64,000 nucleotides of DNA from Planctomycetota bacterium (GTDB taxonomy: Bacteria; Planctomycetota; UBA1135; UBA2386): positions 832,001 to 896,000 of the forward strand of contig OZ245006.1 in NCBI GenBank assembly GCA_965223545.1, written 5' to 3'. The stretch's first letter is position 1. Every line of letters starts with the position of its first letter. The notes beneath the pieces are model-generated. The model was not told the origin of the DNA. It saw only the letters and a program-made list of their open reading frames with translations, and made no database searches. Positions 9,789 to 19,784 of this stretch are shown one piece after another. A program made the position numbers and the translations under genes.

Positions 9789-11255
9789 TCAGCCAATTGC
9801 GCCCCGCCCACTCAAGCGGCGGATCAACCACAATCCGGCATCTCCCAGCACCCAAGCCGGCCGCCAGGCAGCAGCGGTAGCCGTGAGCACGAGCGGTGCC
9901 GCGATCGCGCCGAGCAGAACCCATGCTGGTGCCGCCTGCACACCACGCAGCAACTCCGCGACCCACCAGGCAACCACAACCTGCCCGGCGGCGAGAACCA
10001 AGCCACGTACGTGCGCAGCGCCGAATCGGGCCCACCCGACCGCAATCGCACGCAGGCTCAGACCGGCCATCATCAGATAATTGAGCAGCAATGCGCCGAC
10101 GATGCCGAGGGCAACACCTGCGACACCCGCCCGCGTTCCGAGGTAGGCGCCCACGAAAACGGACACCGCGAATACGGCCTGTCGCCACGCACGCCGATAC
10201 ACGTCGCCCGTTGCCCGCGCCAACGAATCGCTGATCTTGTAGCCGGTACGGCACACAAGCCCGGCCATCAGGATCTGAAACGGCAGCACGACGTCCTGCC
10301 AACCATCGCCCAAGAGCGTGACAACCACTTCGGGTCCGAGCACTACGCCAAGCGCGCCCGCCGGCGCAATCACCATGACCACAAGACCGATGCCCCTCAG
10401 GTACGCGCGCGCCAACCGATCTCGGTCGTTCTGGAACCGTGACATCACCGGGAACAAGACGCGGTCGATCACCTCCCCCAGAAACATCGCGGGCATCGCC
10501 ATGATCTGGTACGCACGGCTGTAGACTCCGAGATCGGTCGCCGACATCCACTTGCCGACGACGAAGTTGTCGCCCTGCGATGCCGCGTAGCTGAACAACC
10601 GCGCGATCACGAACCCGCTACCGAAGTAGAGCAGATCTCGGGCCGCGGCCGCGTCGATTCGCAGTGAACGCTGGTGGGGACGCGCGGCCAGCAGCATTGC
10701 CGTCTTGATCATCACCTGAGCCAGGTGAGCGACAACCAGCGACCACACACCAAACCCGCAAACCGCCATGACGACACCGAACGGAACGTAGCCCGCGACA
10801 TTGGAGGCGGCCTCAGCCGCCGCGATCGGCCTCAGCTGCAGGTCCCGATGCAGCAGAGACTGCGGCACGACGCTCAGGGTCTGGATGACGAGGGCAGCGG
10901 ATAGCGCCCGCATCACCTCTACCAGGCCATCCATCCCGAAGAAGCCGGCCGCTGCAGGAGCGATTCCCCACAGAACCGCGGTCAACAACACAGCGGCGTA
11001 GAGGGACAGAGCAAAAGCGGTGCTGACGTGCTCGGCGCGAAGCTGATCGCGTTGGATCAACGCCGGCCCAATGACCGCCTGGGTGAGAGTGCGCCCCAGC
11101 CCGAGTGCGATCTGCGTCGCGGTGACCAGACCGAACTCCGCCGCCGACAGGTAGCGGCCGAGCACCGCGAGCACGGTGAGCTGCGCCAAACCCTGGGCAC
11201 CCAGGCCAAGCGAAGCCCAACTCAACCACCGAGCACTCTGGGATAGCGCGTTCAT
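9789..11255 (-). CDS. Wzx (WzxC-like) polysaccharide flippase
   Basis: LGRYLSAAEFGL, ALIQR, GVWSLV, DNFVVGK, LGVYSRAY, VLFPVMSRFQ; multi-TM. Confidence 0.9.
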   Translation of the reverse strand: MNALSQSARWLSWASLGLGAQGLAQLTVLAVLGRYLSAAEFGLVTATQIALGLGRTLTQAVIGPALIQRDQLRAEHVSTAFALSLYAAVLLTAVLWGIAPAAAGFFGMDGLVEVMRALSAALVIQTLSVVPQSLLHRDLQLRPIAAAEAASNVAGYVPFGVVMAVCGFGVWSLVVAHLAQVMIKTAMLLAARPHQRSLRIDAAAARDLLYFGSGFVIARLFSYAASQGDNFVVGKWMSATDLGVYSRAYQIMAMPAMFLGEVIDRVLFPVMSRFQNDRDRLARAYLRGIGLVVMVIAPAGALGVVLGPEVVVTLLGDGWQDVVLPFQILMAGLVCRTGYKISDSLARATGDVYRRAWRQAVFAVSVFVGAYLGTRAGVAGVALGIVGALLLNYLMMAGLSLRAIAVGWARFGAAHVRGLVLAAGQVVVAWWVAELLRGVQAAPAWVLLGAIAAPLVLTATAAAWRPAWVLGDAGLWLIRRLSGRGAIG

Positions 11256-11339
11256 CGGAAAACGCCCCGGCCGTCGACTCCGATCATCGAATCTGATGCA
11301 CAGGCGACCGACGCCACGCCCCCAGGCTGTCGTTGGGCA

Positions 11340-12164
11340 TCATGCCGAGACCGCCGTGCCAACACGATAGAGGCTGGTCCGCGCACAAATGAAGAGCTGG
11401 TCCCGACAGTCCCCACCAAACGCCAGGTTGGCCGGTCGTTCGGGAAGCGCTAGTTGCAAAACGCGGCGACCACCAGGGGCGAACACTTCCACACCACGCA
11501 TGGCGGCGATCCACAGGTTGCCATCACCGTCGCAGCGCAGACCGTCTGGGCGCTCGGCGGAGCAATACACTTCGCCCCCATTGAGCGTGGTGCCGTATGT
11601 GAAGCGGCGAACGTGCCCGCGTTCCGTATCGGCGACGTAGAGTTCTGATCCATCTGGCGAGAAGCAGAGACCGTTGGGCTTCTCGAAGTCGTCGACGAGC
11701 AGCGTCACCGTCATCTCATCGGCCTCGACGCGGTAGACCCCCTGAAAGTCCAGCTCGCGCTCGCGATTCGGCACACCGTACGGAGGATCGGTGAACACAC
11801 ACGTGGCCCGGTCGACCGGGACGACATCGTTGGGGCTGTTGAGTCGCCGTCCTCCAAAGTGGGTCGCCAGTGCTGCGATTACGCCATCGCCGCCCGTAAC
11901 GCTGACCCGTCGCGTCTCGTGCTCGCAGGTCAGGAGGCGCCCGCCCCGGTCGACCGAGTTGCCGTTTGCCTGGCCACTCGGTACCCGCACGCGCCTCGGC
12001 CCAGCATCGCGCCACAGCCACAGCTCGGAGGCCGGGATGTCGCTGAACACCAAGCCGGGGCCCCTGTCGCCGCTCAGGCCGAGCGGGTTCTCCACCCACA
12101 CGGGCCCCTCCAAGAAGCCAAAGCCATGGGCCAATCGCTCCACCGGTCCCGAGACTAGAGACAC
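11340..12164 (-). CDS. SMP-30/gluconolactonase family protein
   Basis: FLEGPVW, FSDIP, NGN, NSPNDV, FTDPPYG, PNGLCFSPD, PDGLRCD, ANLAFGG. Confidence 0.9.
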   Translation of the reverse strand: MSLVSGPVERLAHGFGFLEGPVWVENPLGLSGDRGPGLVFSDIPASELWLWRDAGPRRVRVPSGQANGNSVDRGGRLLTCEHETRRVSVTGGDGVIAALATHFGGRRLNSPNDVVPVDRATCVFTDPPYGVPNRERELDFQGVYRVEADEMTVTLLVDDFEKPNGLCFSPDGSELYVADTERGHVRRFTYGTTLNGGEVYCSAERPDGLRCDGDGNLWIAAMRGVEVFAPGGRRVLQLALPERPANLAFGGDCRDQLFICARTSLYRVGTAVSA

Positions 12165-12240
12165 CGGACAGTCCCCAGACAGAGCGCCGTGCGTTCGCGA
12201 CCGGGGCTACCGACGTCGGACCTTTGCCAAGGGTTCATCC

Positions 12241-13572
12241 ATGGTAAACTACCTACACCGTATCGCCTTCTCCACCTTGCGTGGTTCTCGCAACGCCAAC
12301 GACTCCCCACGAGGGCGCGCCCCAACTCCGGACACGCCCGCGCCGGACCGCCCCGCGGTCGTCGTGCTCGACCTGCAGGGCGCCGTAGGCCTGCAAACCG
12401 CAAGAATCTTGAGCTTTCGAGGTGTCCCGGTGATCGGCATCGGCGAGCCCGGCAAGCCCTTCTGTCGCACGCGAGTGTGCCAGAAGGTCATCACGACGGA
12501 CATGAAGTCCGACGCGCCGCTTGCCGTGCTTCGCGAACTCGGCGCCTCGCTGCCACAGCGCGCAGTGCTCGTCCCATGCACCGACCGCAGCGTCCTGCTC
12601 GTGTCCCGTCACCGCGTTGACCTGGAGCCCGCGTTCCACATCGTGATGCCGCCCAGCGAGGTCATGGAAGTCCTCATTGACAAGGCGCGCTTCTACGAGT
12701 TCGCAAAGCGGCACGGCCTGCCGGTTCCCGCCACACACTTCATCACTTCGCTCGACGACCTCCGACACCTGCGCAGGAGCGTCCGTTTCCCCTGTGTCGT
12801 GAAACCCACCGTCCGAGACCATCGCTGGTCTCGAAAGGCCGGTTGGAAGGTAAAGACAGCGGCCGATCAAGCCGAGCTAGAAGGAGTGTGCGCCACGGCA
12901 TTTCAGTGGGCAGATACGTTGATCGTGCAGGACTGGATCGACGGCGACGAGACCCAGCTCTACTCGTGCAACGCCTACTTTGACGCAGCGTCACGGCCCC
13001 TCGCCACATGCGTCGCCCGCAAGCTGAGGCAGTGGCCACCACACACCGGCTCCAGCAGCCTGGGAGTGGAGTGGCGCAACGACGAAGTCCGACAGACTTG
13101 CATCGACGTTTTCCAGGCAGCTCGCTTTCGCGGGCTCGCCTACCTCGAGATGAAGCGGGGGCCGGACGGCCGCCATTGGATCATCGAACCCAACGTCGCC
13201 CGGCCAACGGGACGCTCTGCCATCGCCGAAGCCAGCGGTGTCGAGCTACTGTACACTATGTATTGCGACGCCCTCGGCCGGTCTCTCCCCGCGCAGCGTG
13301 AGCAGCACTATCGCGGCGTCAAGTGGATGCACTTTCGCTGGGACCTACAAGCCGCAATCGTGCTGTGGTCGCGCGGTGAGCTGGGGCTGCGCGACTGGTG
13401 GCGCTCTTGGCGCGGCAAGAAGGCCCACGCAGTGTTCTCGTGGCGTGACCCGCTGCCGTTCGTACTCGACCTGTGGCACGCGCTGCGCAGCTCGGTAACC
13501 GGCAAGGGACGCGCGTTTCTTTCCCGCTTGAGGCATCCGCAACCTTCGCTGCGAGACAACAGCGCATGCTGA
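12241..13572 (+). CDS. ATP-grasp carboxylate-amine ligase (D-aspartate ligase-like)
   Basis: LVPCTD, DKARFYEFA, FPCVVKP, IVQDWIDG, KLRQWPP, YLEMK, IEPNVAR, DPLPF. Confidence 0.8.
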   Translation: MVNYLHRIAFSTLRGSRNANDSPRGRAPTPDTPAPDRPAVVVLDLQGAVGLQTARILSFRGVPVIGIGEPGKPFCRTRVCQKVITTDMKSDAPLAVLRELGASLPQRAVLVPCTDRSVLLVSRHRVDLEPAFHIVMPPSEVMEVLIDKARFYEFAKRHGLPVPATHFITSLDDLRHLRRSVRFPCVVKPTVRDHRWSRKAGWKVKTAADQAELEGVCATAFQWADTLIVQDWIDGDETQLYSCNAYFDAASRPLATCVARKLRQWPPHTGSSSLGVEWRNDEVRQTCIDVFQAARFRGLAYLEMKRGPDGRHWIIEPNVARPTGRSAIAEASGVELLYTMYCDALGRSLPAQREQHYRGVKWMHFRWDLQAAIVLWSRGELGLRDWWRSWRGKKAHAVFSWRDPLPFVLDLWHALRSSVTGKGRAFLSRLRHPQPSLRDNSAC

Positions 13573-14885
13573 GTCTGCGCACTGCCCGCGACGTCGCGCT
13601 GCGACCGCTGCAACTCGTACTGTACTTGTTGTCTGGACTGATGCGACGCGACCGCAAGCTCTGGGTTTTTGGCGCCTGGCACGGCGAGCGATTCAGCGAC
13701 AACGCTGCGGCGCTGCTACGCTTCAGCGTCAACCATCACGAGGGGGAGGTCCGGTGCGTCTGGGTAGCGAGCCGCTACAGCGTCGTGCGGCGCGTCCGCC
13801 AGCACGGGCTACCCGCTCACCACCGCTGGTCGCCAAAGGGTATTGGTGCGTGTCTCCGAGGCGGCGTCTACGTGTTCGTCTCCACGACCCGAGACATCAA
13901 CCATTGGCTCTCCAAAGGAGCGCGCCTGGTCCTGCTGCGCCACGGAGTCGGCATCAAGAGAATTGGCAAAGCACACCGCAATCCTTCACATCCGCTTTAC
14001 CGACTCCACCATAGCCCGTTCTGGCAACGCTGGATTTGGCGGGCCATTCTGCACTGGCATACGGTGCCGATGGACCTGGTGATCGCGACCTCGAAACTGC
14101 ACGCCGAGCAAGCGCTCGAATACTTCCACGTCAGCCAAAAGGACGTCGTGATCACGGGCTTCCCCCGCAATGACCGGCTGTTGGCAGCGGACACAGAGGA
14201 TCGCGCCGAGAGGCAACTGCCGCCTGAGGACGCGCAGTTGGCCGACTGGCTGGCAGCCGCAAAGGCCGCGGCCAGGCCGGTGGTCTTCTACATGCCGACC
14301 TTCCGCGACGCGGGCAACGCACCGATCAACTTCACCTGGGCCGAGCTGGACGCCCGGCTCGACGAGCTGGGCGCCGAAATGCTCGTCCGCCCACACTCTT
14401 CAGACCGCAGCAACTTCGTTCGGCCATTGATCGAGCGTCGCTTCGCGCACCTCCGACTGCACCATCCGCAAAGTGACCCGCACGACGTTCTTAGCCATAT
14501 GACGGCCTTGGTCACGGACTACTCGAGCGTCGCGTACGACTACATGTTACTCCGTCGCCCCATCGTCTTCTACACATGCGACCGAGACCTCTACACCAGC
14601 ACGCGCGCGCTGGCGTTCGACTACGACGACGTCACACCAGGCCTGAAGGCGACCGATCTCGAGAGCCTGGTGGCCGCGCTGACCTCGATCATCGATGGCA
14701 CAGCGCGGATCCCGATCCCGGCCGTCGACGCACTACTAGATCAGTTCCATGTGTACCGCGACGGACAGTCCGCACACCGCGTCTTCTCGGTCATAAGTGC
14801 TCGATTCGCAACCAGCGCGACCACACAACAGGACATTCCTGTCCCCCCAGCCGACGTCATCGAGAATCCACCATGCGAATCCTGA
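13566..14885 (+). CDS. CDP-glycerol/polyol:phosphotransferase (TagB/TagF family)
   Basis: FSDNA, RHGVGIK, TGFPRND, YMPTFRD, RPH, TDYSSVAYDY. Confidence 0.9.
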   Translation: MLSLRTARDVALRPLQLVLYLLSGLMRRDRKLWVFGAWHGERFSDNAAALLRFSVNHHEGEVRCVWVASRYSVVRRVRQHGLPAHHRWSPKGIGACLRGGVYVFVSTTRDINHWLSKGARLVLLRHGVGIKRIGKAHRNPSHPLYRLHHSPFWQRWIWRAILHWHTVPMDLVIATSKLHAEQALEYFHVSQKDVVITGFPRNDRLLAADTEDRAERQLPPEDAQLADWLAAAKAAARPVVFYMPTFRDAGNAPINFTWAELDARLDELGAEMLVRPHSSDRSNFVRPLIERRFAHLRLHHPQSDPHDVLSHMTALVTDYSSVAYDYMLLRRPIVFYTCDRDLYTSTRALAFDYDDVTPGLKATDLESLVAALTSIIDGTARIPIPAVDALLDQFHVYRDGQSAHRVFSVISARFATSATTQQDIPVPPADVIENPPCES

Positions 14886-15814
14886 TTACCGGCGGGTCGG
14901 GCTTCATTGGTGCCAAGATCGCACGGCAGCTGGCGGCGTCGGGCCACGACGTCTGCTCGCTCGATGCGCGCCCACCGAAGCCTTGCCAAACAGCCACCCC
15001 CGAGCAGGTACATTCAGTCGAGGGCAACATCCACGATCCCGGTAGCTGCCACAAAGCCGTGCTGGGAGCCGAGATGGTGATTCACAGCGCTGCCACGCAC
15101 CTGGCGACCAAGGTCTCACGGCAACCCCTGCAGTCGATCCAAACCAATGTCCACGGCACACTCAACTTGCTGAACGCCGCGGCCAATGCGAAAGTGCGCC
15201 GCTTCGTGTTCTTGTCCTCCGCCAAGGTCTACGGCGAGCCCACCAGGCTGCCGTCAAGCGAAGTCGACTTCGCTCGCCCGTACGACTCGTACAGCCTGTC
15301 GAAAATGATGTGCGAGCACTACTGCGACCGGTTTCGCCAGGAGACCACAATGGAGACGGTCAGCGTGCGACCCTTCTCAGTGTACGGTCCCGACCAAGAC
15401 CTGGAGACCGGCTACGTCGGCATGCTGGTTCGCGCGCTGCTCGAAGACGAGGACCCGGCGTTTCCCGGGCAACCGGACTTCCTGCGCGACTTCGTCCACA
15501 TCAACGACGTGGTGGAAGTCCTCACGCGGGTCGTGCACCACGAAGGTCCGGTGCCGCCGGTACTCAACGCCGGGAGCGGTCGAACCGCAACGCTCACCAG
15601 GCTGGTCGAGATCGCAACACGACTGACCGGTCGCCGGATCCTGCCGACGTTCATTCGACCACACAAGGGGACCATCACGAGAACACAGGCCTCCCTGGAC
15701 ACGGTCTGCGCGGCACTGGGTCCGATCAGCCCTATCCACGTGGAACAAGGTCTCGAGGAGACCATCAACGCTGCCCAGGCAGCGCACACGAATGCACGAT
15801 GCACCATCGCGTGA
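14873..15814 (+). CDS. NAD-dependent epimerase/reductase (extended SDR), possible CDP-polyol-forming reductase
   Basis: TGGSGFIG, YSLSK, SVYGP, RDFVHINDV; coupled to IspD-like gene. Confidence 0.8.
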   Translation: MRILITGGSGFIGAKIARQLAASGHDVCSLDARPPKPCQTATPEQVHSVEGNIHDPGSCHKAVLGAEMVIHSAATHLATKVSRQPLQSIQTNVHGTLNLLNAAANAKVRRFVFLSSAKVYGEPTRLPSSEVDFARPYDSYSLSKMMCEHYCDRFRQETTMETVSVRPFSVYGPDQDLETGYVGMLVRALLEDEDPAFPGQPDFLRDFVHINDVVEVLTRVVHHEGPVPPVLNAGSGRTATLTRLVEIATRLTGRRILPTFIRPHKGTITRTQASLDTVCAALGPISPIHVEQGLEETINAAQAAHTNARCTIA

Positions 15815-16518
15815 CAGCAATCCTGTTGGCGGGGGGCAGCGGCAAGCGCTTTGCCGCGACCGGCCCGCCCAAGCAGCTTGTTGAACTGCACGGGAGGCCG
15901 TTGTTCCTGCATGCGGTCTCGACCTACGCTGGCATGCCCGAAGTCGACCGCCTCGTCTTGGCCGCGCACCGAGACTACACGGCGGCATTCGCTGCCTCGC
16001 TCGCTGAGCAAGGCTTGACGAATCGGGTCACGATCGTGGAAGGCGGCCTCACCAGGCAAGCCTCGATCCAGAACGCGCTCGCCGCGCTTCCCGACACCGC
16101 GGACGACATCGGCGTACTGCAGAACACGGCATCTCCACGCACGACCGCGGCGCTTGTTCGACGCTGTCTCGCCGCTTGCGAACGAGCGGCTGCCGTGCAG
16201 GCGTACGTGCCAGCTCACCACACGGTTTTTGTCCGCGACGCAGACACGTTGGACCGCGTGCTACCGCGCGAACAGATCGGCTACACTTGCGACCCGACGT
16301 TGTACCGGATGTCGCTCCTGCGCCGGGTGATCGACGAGAGAACGAATGCAGGACTACCCGGGGAGATGACCTTGACGGCGGTGCGTGCGCTCGGTGAGGC
16401 GGTCGCCCTGGTCGAATCGGAACCCGACAACATCAAGCTCACCGTGCCCAGCGACCTCGCCACTCTGCGGCAGGAACCCGCTTGCGGTGCTTGCGGCGAA
16501 TCCCCGCGGACTTCTTGA
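15799..16518 (+). CDS. IspD/TarI-family cytidylyltransferase
   Basis: ILLAGGSGKRF, PKQLV, GGLTRQASI, NIKLTVPSDL; the usual HD(A/G)ARP appears as QNTASP. Confidence 0.8.
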   Translation: MHHRVTAILLAGGSGKRFAATGPPKQLVELHGRPLFLHAVSTYAGMPEVDRLVLAAHRDYTAAFAASLAEQGLTNRVTIVEGGLTRQASIQNALAALPDTADDIGVLQNTASPRTTAALVRRCLAACERAAAVQAYVPAHHTVFVRDADTLDRVLPREQIGYTCDPTLYRMSLLRRVIDERTNAGLPGEMTLTAVRALGEAVALVESEPDNIKLTVPSDLATLRQEPACGACGESPRTS

Positions 16519-16526
16519 GCCTCCGG

Positions 16527-16566
16527 CGCCTCGAATCGTCGAGCTTCGACAACGTTTTCGAGGCGA
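16527..16566. terminator. Stem-loop just after the IspD-like gene, between convergent units
   Basis: cgcctcgaa...ttcgaggcg outer stem with inner gtcga/tcgac; no strong U-tract. Confidence 0.35.
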
Positions 16567-16818
16567 CGCCGCCGACATGGCAACGTCGCCGCTGCGCTGT
16601 CGAGGCTCGGAGAGACAGTGCCTCCGGGCTAAGCGCGGCGGCGGATGTGTCGCTGCAAAACGGCTCTGGCAACGGCATCCGAGTTTGGATAGGGCAGTGA
16701 CCACGCTGAACCCTCCGGGACGAAGTGCGCCCCGGTCCCCGACCGGCAATACGATCCTGAGTACGATAGGTTCCACCGACACCTCGCCGCCGGTGACTTC
16801 TCTCGGTCACGAAACCGG

Positions 16819-19536
16819 TCAGCGCACGCGCAGATCAATGGACCGAGTCACCGTCGTCTCACCATCGGTCACCTGAACCTCGACCTGGTACTTGTCCCGA
16901 CGGTCGAACACAGCTGTTGTCGATGCCGCCTGAGAGCTGCCGTTCGGACTGAACACGGCGCCGCCACCGCGGACCACACCCCACGTGTAGCTGACGATGC
17001 CGCCGTCGGGGTCCTCGGCCTCCACCGAGAGAGTCACCGGCTGCCCGACGCGAATCCGCCGACTACTCACCGTGATGTCACCGACGACAGGGGCGACGTT
17101 GCCTCCGCTGACATCCACGACGATGGTCGCTGCGGCTGACCCACCGCGGCCGTCACTGATCTGATAGCCGAACTGATCACGCCCCGACGAACCGGCAGAC
17201 GGCACGTATTGGAGCCCACCACCGGTTAGAACAACGACGGCGCCGCCCAGCGGCTGCGACACTCCAATGATGGTCAGCGGGTCATTCTCCGGATCGGTGT
17301 CGTTGGCCAACGGGTCCAAGACTAGCGCTGCTCCCGCCGAGGTCTGGCCGGCGTCGTCGATCGCCACTGGGGGCAGGTTGGGCAGACTTCCCGAGACGCT
17401 GACTTCGGCGGATGCACTCCCGCCACGGCTGTCTCCGATCGTGTACGCGAACCGGTCAGCGCCGCTGAACGTAGATCCGACCACGTAGCGCAGGATCCCG
17501 CCGGCGAGCAAGGTGACCGAGCCGCCTGCGGGCTGAGCGATGGCGGTGATGGACAGCGGGTCGTTGTCCGGATCGCTGTCGTTGTCGAGCACAGCGACGT
17601 CCACGAATGATCCGCTCAAGCTCGCATTGTCGTCCAACGCGACCGGCACTCGATTCGCGGCCGGAGCGGACGCCGGAGCCAGGGCACCGCGAAAGACCTC
17701 ACCTTTGAGGCCAGGCCAGTTCCGCGACGAAAGATCAACGGCCCCGCTTGCGGCGGGCCCACTCGCGCTCGGCACATAGCCTTGGTCGAGCTGCGGATCT
17801 CCCTCGACGCCGGACTGCTCCCACCCCGACGGGAACAGGTTCGCGGTTGAGGAGAACACCGGGGAGGCGCGGAACTCAGCAAGCGTGTCGAAGCTCACGC
17901 TGCTGCCCGAGTATTGCAGTTGATAGAACAGCTCTCGCTCCCCGCCGGCGGCTCGAAAGTAGAGGTTTCCATCGTAGAACTGCGACCCGTCGACAACCGC
18001 CTTGCGCGCGATGTAGATGTCCGAGGTCTGCACGAAGACGTTGTTGTAAACCTCGTGCAGTACACCCATCGTCAGCGGCCCGAAGTCGGGCGTGTACGTG
18101 TGGCCGACCCCACGGTTGCTCGTGTCGTCCATCGCGATCACGGTGTTGTGGTATATCTTCCACGGGTCGTCGATTCCGGGCGAGATGCCGTGTACGCCGA
18201 ACGCCGTTCCGTTACCCATGCCATCCCCGTTGGGCCCCTGATACTTGGACGATCCGAGGAGGCCGCGAGGGTCTGCGCGACCGATCAACTGCGGCTTGCT
18301 GCAATCGATGATGTTGTGGTGCACGTACTTGGTCCCGGCGCGGCCGACGGGCGGCGGAGCGGGCCCGTCGCGTGAAAAGCCAGCGTGCACATCAGTGCAC
18401 ACATTGTAGGCGAACTCGACATTCCAGCCTGACGTACCGCATTGCACGACGTCGTCGCGAATGCTGTCGAAGACGTTATTCGTGATCGAAAGGTTGCTCA
18501 CCATCCCGGTCGCATCAATCCCGTCGAACACGTGCTCGAAGCGAGAGTTGCGCACGATGACAGAGTCGACGGCACCGTCGAGTTCGATCCCGGCGCCCTG
18601 GAACTGGTGGCCGGGACGGCCACTGGTTGGGCGCTTGACATCGGTCCAAGCCACCCACGGCGGCACGCCATCGACAACCGTCAGGCCGTCGAACGTAATG
18701 TCATGGGCTCCTTCGCGCACCAGAACGTGATAGCGACCACCGAACACGTCCGTGTTTCGGATGGTGATGTCGTGGCAACCCGAGTCGAGAGTGATTGCAT
18801 TCTTGCCGTAGCGCAGCGTCAACCCCTCCAGGACCACGTGCGCGCTGCTACCCATCACGCGCAAAACCACGTCCTCGCCAAACAAAAACATCGGCGTTTG
18901 ACCCGGGTCCGGGTCGCGTGGCACCGCGTAGCCCATCTGCGCCTGGTAGCGGCCGCGCTTCAGACGAGCGTAGATTCGTTCGTCGCTGGCGCTCCAGTGA
19001 ACACCTGGGCCGATGTAGTAGAATGGCCACGCGTCATCGTAGTCCTCGTTGTCGGTACCAAGGGGACCCATGTCGACGTAGGCCACGAGGCGGAATCCCC
19101 CGTCGCCTGGCCCGAACTGACCATAGACCCTCCCCGCGGAAGGAAAGCGCGCGACCGAGCGGTAGATTCCCTTGGCCGAGTCGAAAACCTCCCAGTCCGC
19201 GTTGCCCGCGGCGCGGAACTCGCTGAACCCACCATCGATCACCGGCACCTCGCCGGGGTGGTTGCGAATCGTGATCGGTGCAGAGGCGTCGCCGCGAAGG
19301 TCCAAACGGAGATCGCGCTCGAAGTAGGTACCTCCGCGCAGGAACAGCGTATCGCCCGGCCGCAACTGCGCTACCGCGTGGGCCACGCTGGCCCACGGCT
19401 GGGCGAGCGTACCTGGCGCACCGTCGTCCCCGCCCTGGGCGACGTAGTAGGAGTTGCCTCCCTGTTGGGCGTCTGCGACGCCCGCCAACAGAGTGGCCAT
19501 AGCCAGCGAACCGAGCACTCGAAGGTCTGCGAACAT
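16819..19536 (-). CDS. Secreted right-handed beta-helix protein (lyase/depolymerase-like) with two cadherin-like Ig repeats and a C-terminal PKD-like domain
   Basis: Likely start MFADLRV (ATG 19536, preceded by GGAG); signal peptide ending ADA; YYVAQGGDD...PGDTLFLRGGTY; two PVAxDD...NDxDPxNDPL repeats. Confidence 0.75.
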   Translation of the reverse strand: MFADLRVLGSLAMATLLAGVADAQQGGNSYYVAQGGDDGAPGTLAQPWASVAHAVAQLRPGDTLFLRGGTYFERDLRLDLRGDASAPITIRNHPGEVPVIDGGFSEFRAAGNADWEVFDSAKGIYRSVARFPSAGRVYGQFGPGDGGFRLVAYVDMGPLGTDNEDYDDAWPFYYIGPGVHWSASDERIYARLKRGRYQAQMGYAVPRDPDPGQTPMFLFGEDVVLRVMGSSAHVVLEGLTLRYGKNAITLDSGCHDITIRNTDVFGGRYHVLVREGAHDITFDGLTVVDGVPPWVAWTDVKRPTSGRPGHQFQGAGIELDGAVDSVIVRNSRFEHVFDGIDATGMVSNLSITNNVFDSIRDDVVQCGTSGWNVEFAYNVCTDVHAGFSRDGPAPPPVGRAGTKYVHHNIIDCSKPQLIGRADPRGLLGSSKYQGPNGDGMGNGTAFGVHGISPGIDDPWKIYHNTVIAMDDTSNRGVGHTYTPDFGPLTMGVLHEVYNNVFVQTSDIYIARKAVVDGSQFYDGNLYFRAAGGERELFYQLQYSGSSVSFDTLAEFRASPVFSSTANLFPSGWEQSGVEGDPQLDQGYVPSASGPAASGAVDLSSRNWPGLKGEVFRGALAPASAPAANRVPVALDDNASLSGSFVDVAVLDNDSDPDNDPLSITAIAQPAGGSVTLLAGGILRYVVGSTFSGADRFAYTIGDSRGGSASAEVSVSGSLPNLPPVAIDDAGQTSAGAALVLDPLANDTDPENDPLTIIGVSQPLGGAVVVLTGGGLQYVPSAGSSGRDQFGYQISDGRGGSAAATIVVDVSGGNVAPVVGDITVSSRRIRVGQPVTLSVEAEDPDGGIVSYTWGVVRGGGAVFSPNGSSQAASTTAVFDRRDKYQVEVQVTDGETTVTRSIDLRVR

Positions 19537-19784
19537 TCTGTTCTCCGTTTCACAACAGATCCCGTCGGCCGCCGCGTCAACCAGTCTCGGAATCGGACCG
19601 CCGGTTGCCGCAATATCGAACAGTGGCTCCAAGGCCTGAAGCCGAGCGCTCGACGCGCTCTCAAAACTGGACCGTGGCGACACGCTCACTGTCCGAAATA
19701 CGTACTGCCGGAGGGCTACGACGCCAGAACATCGACGCTTGGCTCCGAGGACACAGCCGTCAGCCGTGGCTGGAGATCCGCCCC

